From the NCBI GenBank assembly GCA_964474245.1, contig CAYYRY010000001.1, forward strand, positions 222 to 44,679: a DNA stretch of 44,458 nucleotides, in the 5' to 3' direction. The DNA is from an uncultured Ruminococcus sp. Lineage in GTDB: Bacteria > Bacillota > Clostridia > Oscillospirales > CAG-272. The position numbers were made by a program, and so were the translations under genes. Positions within the stretch are counted from its first letter, which is position 1. Each line of letters begins with the position of its first letter. Below the pieces are notes generated by a model, which worked only from the letters and a program-made list of their open reading frames with translations, was not told where the DNA came from and searched no databases. Shown here one piece after another: positions 42,195-44,458 of this stretch.

Positions 42195-42765
42195 AGTATT
42201 AAAAAAAAACTACAATGCCCCTCCATTCTGCTTGTCCGAGGCTATGAGATATGCTTCATGCAGCAGATCCGAGGAGCTAAAGCCTCTTTTTCATTCAATG
42301 TTCAAGAAGGCTGAGGACGCACTCTCATACAGAGTCTGCTATGCAGAAGTCCCCGTGAAAATCGATATAAATACCGTTGACCTTGGTTTTACATCCTTCA
42401 ACAGCCGAGACCTTGCGAAAAATCTTTCAGACTGCAAAAGTGCCATTATTTTTGCCGCCACCTTAGGTATACGCTTTGACAGACTCTGCTCGGCTCATTC
42501 AAGGACAAGCCCATCTGCGGCAGTTATACTTCAGGGAATCGGTGCTGAGAGGATCGAAGCTCTTTGTGATCTCTTCACAGAAGACGCGTTAAAATCGAAA
42601 GCTGTGCGCCCGAGATTCAGCCCGGGATACGGTGACTTTTCAATTGAGTATCAAAAAGACATCTTCTCCCTTCTTGACCCATCAAAAAACATCGGTCTTA
42701 CCCTTACAGATAATTTTCTTATGTCTCCCACAAAATCCGTGAGTGCAATTATCGGGATACTCTGA
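42187..42765 (+). CDS. Stand-alone methionine synthase (MetH) reactivation/AdoMet-binding domain protein
   Basis: It has RFSPGYGD and the C-terminal MSPTKSVSAI motif typical of the B12-dependent methionine synthase activation domain. It overlaps metF by 8 nt. Confidence 0.7.
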   Translation: MFEVLKKNYNAPPFCLSEAMRYASCSRSEELKPLFHSMFKKAEDALSYRVCYAEVPVKIDINTVDLGFTSFNSRDLAKNLSDCKSAIIFAATLGIRFDRLCSAHSRTSPSAAVILQGIGAERIEALCDLFTEDALKSKAVRPRFSPGYGDFSIEYQKDIFSLLDPSKNIGLTLTDNFLMSPTKSVSAIIGIL

Positions 42766-42820
42766 ATAAAAATTAATGCACGTAACTTTTTCACTAAACT
42801 AATCGAAAGGCAGAATTAAT

Positions 42821-44458
42821 ATGGCTAAAAAGTCCCCAAAATATAACGACCAGTCCATAACAGCCCTGAAAGGTGCGGACCGTGTCAGAAAACGTCCCGC
42901 CGTAATCTTCGGCTCCGACGGACTTGAGGGCTGTGAACATTCCGTGTTTGAGATAGTATCAAACTCCGTTGATGAGGCCCGCGAGGGTTATGGTAATACC
43001 ATCACTGTTACCGCATACAATGACCGTTCCATTTCCGTAGAGGACCGCGGACGCGGTATTCCACTCGGATGGAACGAAAGTGAAAAGAAATATAACTGGG
43101 AGCTCATTTACTGTGAGCTTTACGCAGGAGGTAAGTATAACAATAACAGTGACGACTCTGCTTACGAATACTCCCTCGGACTTAACGGTCTCGGTGCCTG
43201 TGCAACACAGTATTCAAGTGAGTATTTCACCGTTTCATCCTATGACGGGAACAAAGTCTCGCAGATGGAGTTCAGATCAGGCGAGCCAGTTGGTGAGCTC
43301 AGAGTCACGGAGCTGTCAAAGAAGGAACGCCGCACGGGTACTGTCCAGCACTGGAAGCCCGACCTTCAGGTCTTTACCGATATCAATATTCCAAAAGAAT
43401 ACTTCATGGATATGCTGAAGAGGCAGGCTGTTGTAACGGACGGAATCAAGTTCGTATTCCGTTGGCAGAATGAAGACGGAAGCTTCGAAGAATATGAATA
43501 CGTATATGAAAACGGTCTTGTGGACTATATCGCCGAGATCGCAGGTGATACAGCAGAGACAAAAACAGCGCTGTGGCATCTTGAGACAAAGGGACGCGAC
43601 CGTGCAGACCTTGCTGACTATAAGCTGAAATGCGATATTGCCTTCTGTATGTCGAAGACAGTAAATACTCTTGAGTATTACCACTGCGCAAGCTATCTTG
43701 AACACGGAGGCTCTCCCGAAAAGGCTGTAAAGAGTGCATTCACCTATGCCATCGACAAAAGGATCAAGGCTCTCGGCAAGTATAATAAAAACGAATCCAA
43801 GATCACTTTTGCCGACATTGAGGACTGCCTCATTCTCATAACCAACAGTGTATCCACCCAGACCTCATATGCCAATCAAACAAAAAAAGCAATAACAAAC
43901 CCCTTCATTGCGGAGGCTATGACCGCATTCATGAAGGAACAGCTTGAAATATTCTTTGCGGAAAATCCCGCCGACGCGGACCGCATTATGAATCAGGTGC
44001 TCATCAACAAGCGTTCCCGTGAAAGTGCTGAGAGTGCAAGACTCAACCTGAAGAAAAAGCTCTCCGGCGGAATGGATATAACGAACAGGATAGAAAAGTT
44101 CGTAAACTGCCGTTCCAAGGACGTTGAAAAGCGTGAGCTTTATATAGTTGAGGGTGACTCAGCACTCACATCCTGTAAGCTCGGACGTAATGCGGAGTTT
44201 CAGGCGATCATCCCCGTAAGAGGTAAGACACTCAACTGTCTGAAAGCGACTTATGCCAAGATATTCAAAAATGATATTATTGTAGACCTGCTCCGTCTTC
44301 TCGGATGCGGTGTTGAGATAAAGGGAAAGGTAAAGGGTGACATAGTACCCTTTGATCTTCAGTCTCTCCGCTGGGCAAAGATCATTATCTGTACCGATGC
44401 CGACGAGGACGGCTTCCAGATAAGAACTCTGATCCTCACCATGTTCTACCGTCTTCTT
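42821..44458 (+). CDS. Type IIA DNA topoisomerase subunit B (GyrB/ParE family), 3' end beyond window
   Basis: It is not in the ORF track because it has no stop in the window. My manual translation from ATG 42821 is open to 44458. It shows GHKL boxes (EIVSNSVDEA, GLNGLGA) and Toprim motifs (EGDSA, PVRGKTLN, CTDADEDG). Confidence 0.8.
   Translation, partial: MAKKSPKYNDQSITALKGADRVRKRPAVIFGSDGLEGCEHSVFEIVSNSVDEAREGYGNTITVTAYNDRSISVEDRGRGIPLGWNESEKKYNWELIYCELYAGGKYNNNSDDSAYEYSLGLNGLGACATQYSSEYFTVSSYDGNKVSQMEFRSGEPVGELRVTELSKKERRTGTVQHWKPDLQVFTDINIPKEYFMDMLKRQAVVTDGIKFVFRWQNEDGSFEEYEYVYENGLVDYIAEIAGDTAETKTALWHLETKGRDRADLADYKLKCDIAFCMSKTVNTLEYYHCASYLEHGGSPEKAVKSAFTYAIDKRIKALGKYNKNESKITFADIEDCLILITNSVSTQTSYANQTKKAITNPFIAEAMTAFMKEQLEIFFAENPADADRIMNQVLINKRSRESAESARLNLKKKLSGGMDITNRIEKFVNCRSKDVEKRELYIVEGDSALTSCKLGRNAEFQAIIPVRGKTLNCLKATYAKIFKNDIIVDLLRLLGCGVEIKGKVKGDIVPFDLQSLRWAKIIICTDADEDGFQIRTLILTMFYRLL

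Noticed and set aside
1-44458. A search for CRISPR arrays, IS elements or transposases, integrases, rRNA, retron or group II intron reverse transcriptases, and toxin-antitoxin pairs.
   Set aside because: There are no regularly spaced direct repeats and no ORF with DDE, tyrosine or serine recombinase or RT motifs in the six-frame track. The only RNA gene seen is tRNA-Ser. The XRE and RHH genes have no adjacent toxin-like partner ORF.

Overview
This window looks like a chromosomal segment of a mid-GC Firmicute of the class Clostridia. Gene content, lipoprotein signals and extended -10 promoters resemble Oscillospiraceae/Ruminococcaceae-type genomes, but that placement is inference only. All product calls come from motifs I recognised by eye, with no database search. 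The window is mostly housekeeping. It carries potA-potB plus a fused potC-potD; rpiR, rnz, rluD and secG; mglBAC on the minus strand; a DUF218 gene; and rbfA-nrnA-truB running on into an Mre11/Rad50-like pair (YhaO/YhaN = SbcF/SbcE-like) and an orphan HlyD-like gene. Further on are a DUF4364 / sigma-70 / zinc-ribbon cluster, an orphan OppA-like binding protein, alr, a GH31 glycosidase and tRNA-Ser(GGA), followed by an RpiB-like / serine-hydrolase / lipoprotein operon. The cell-division-distal cluster yggS-sepF-yggT-ylmH-divIVA-lspA follows, then cca, a TIGR01212 radical SAM gene, an LtaS-like / ferredoxin-thioredoxin-reductase-like / trxA operon, and metF plus a stand-alone MetH reactivation domain. 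The window ends in a 3'-truncated GyrB/ParE-type topoisomerase B gene that is missing from the ORF track because it runs off the end. Two short, visibly AT-rich accessory islets interrupt this. One (about 27.1-28.1 kb) lies beside tRNA-Ser and holds an LRR lipoprotein and an XRE regulator with a perfect operator palindrome, surrounded by tRNA-3'-end-like fragments and degenerate direct repeats. The other (about 37.3-38.1 kb) holds a DUF2493/SLOG-type gene broken by an in-frame TAA, plus a ribbon-helix-helix gene. I found no CRISPR array, transposase, integrase or rRNA, and no convincing complete novel multi-gene system. The best second-look candidates are the roughly 260-nt structured metF leader with no recognisable riboswitch class, the tRNA-Ser scar region, the membrane-anchored Rad50-like ATPase with its HlyD-like neighbour, the LtaS-like/FTR-like/thioredoxin operon, and several recurrent short RNA-level motifs.
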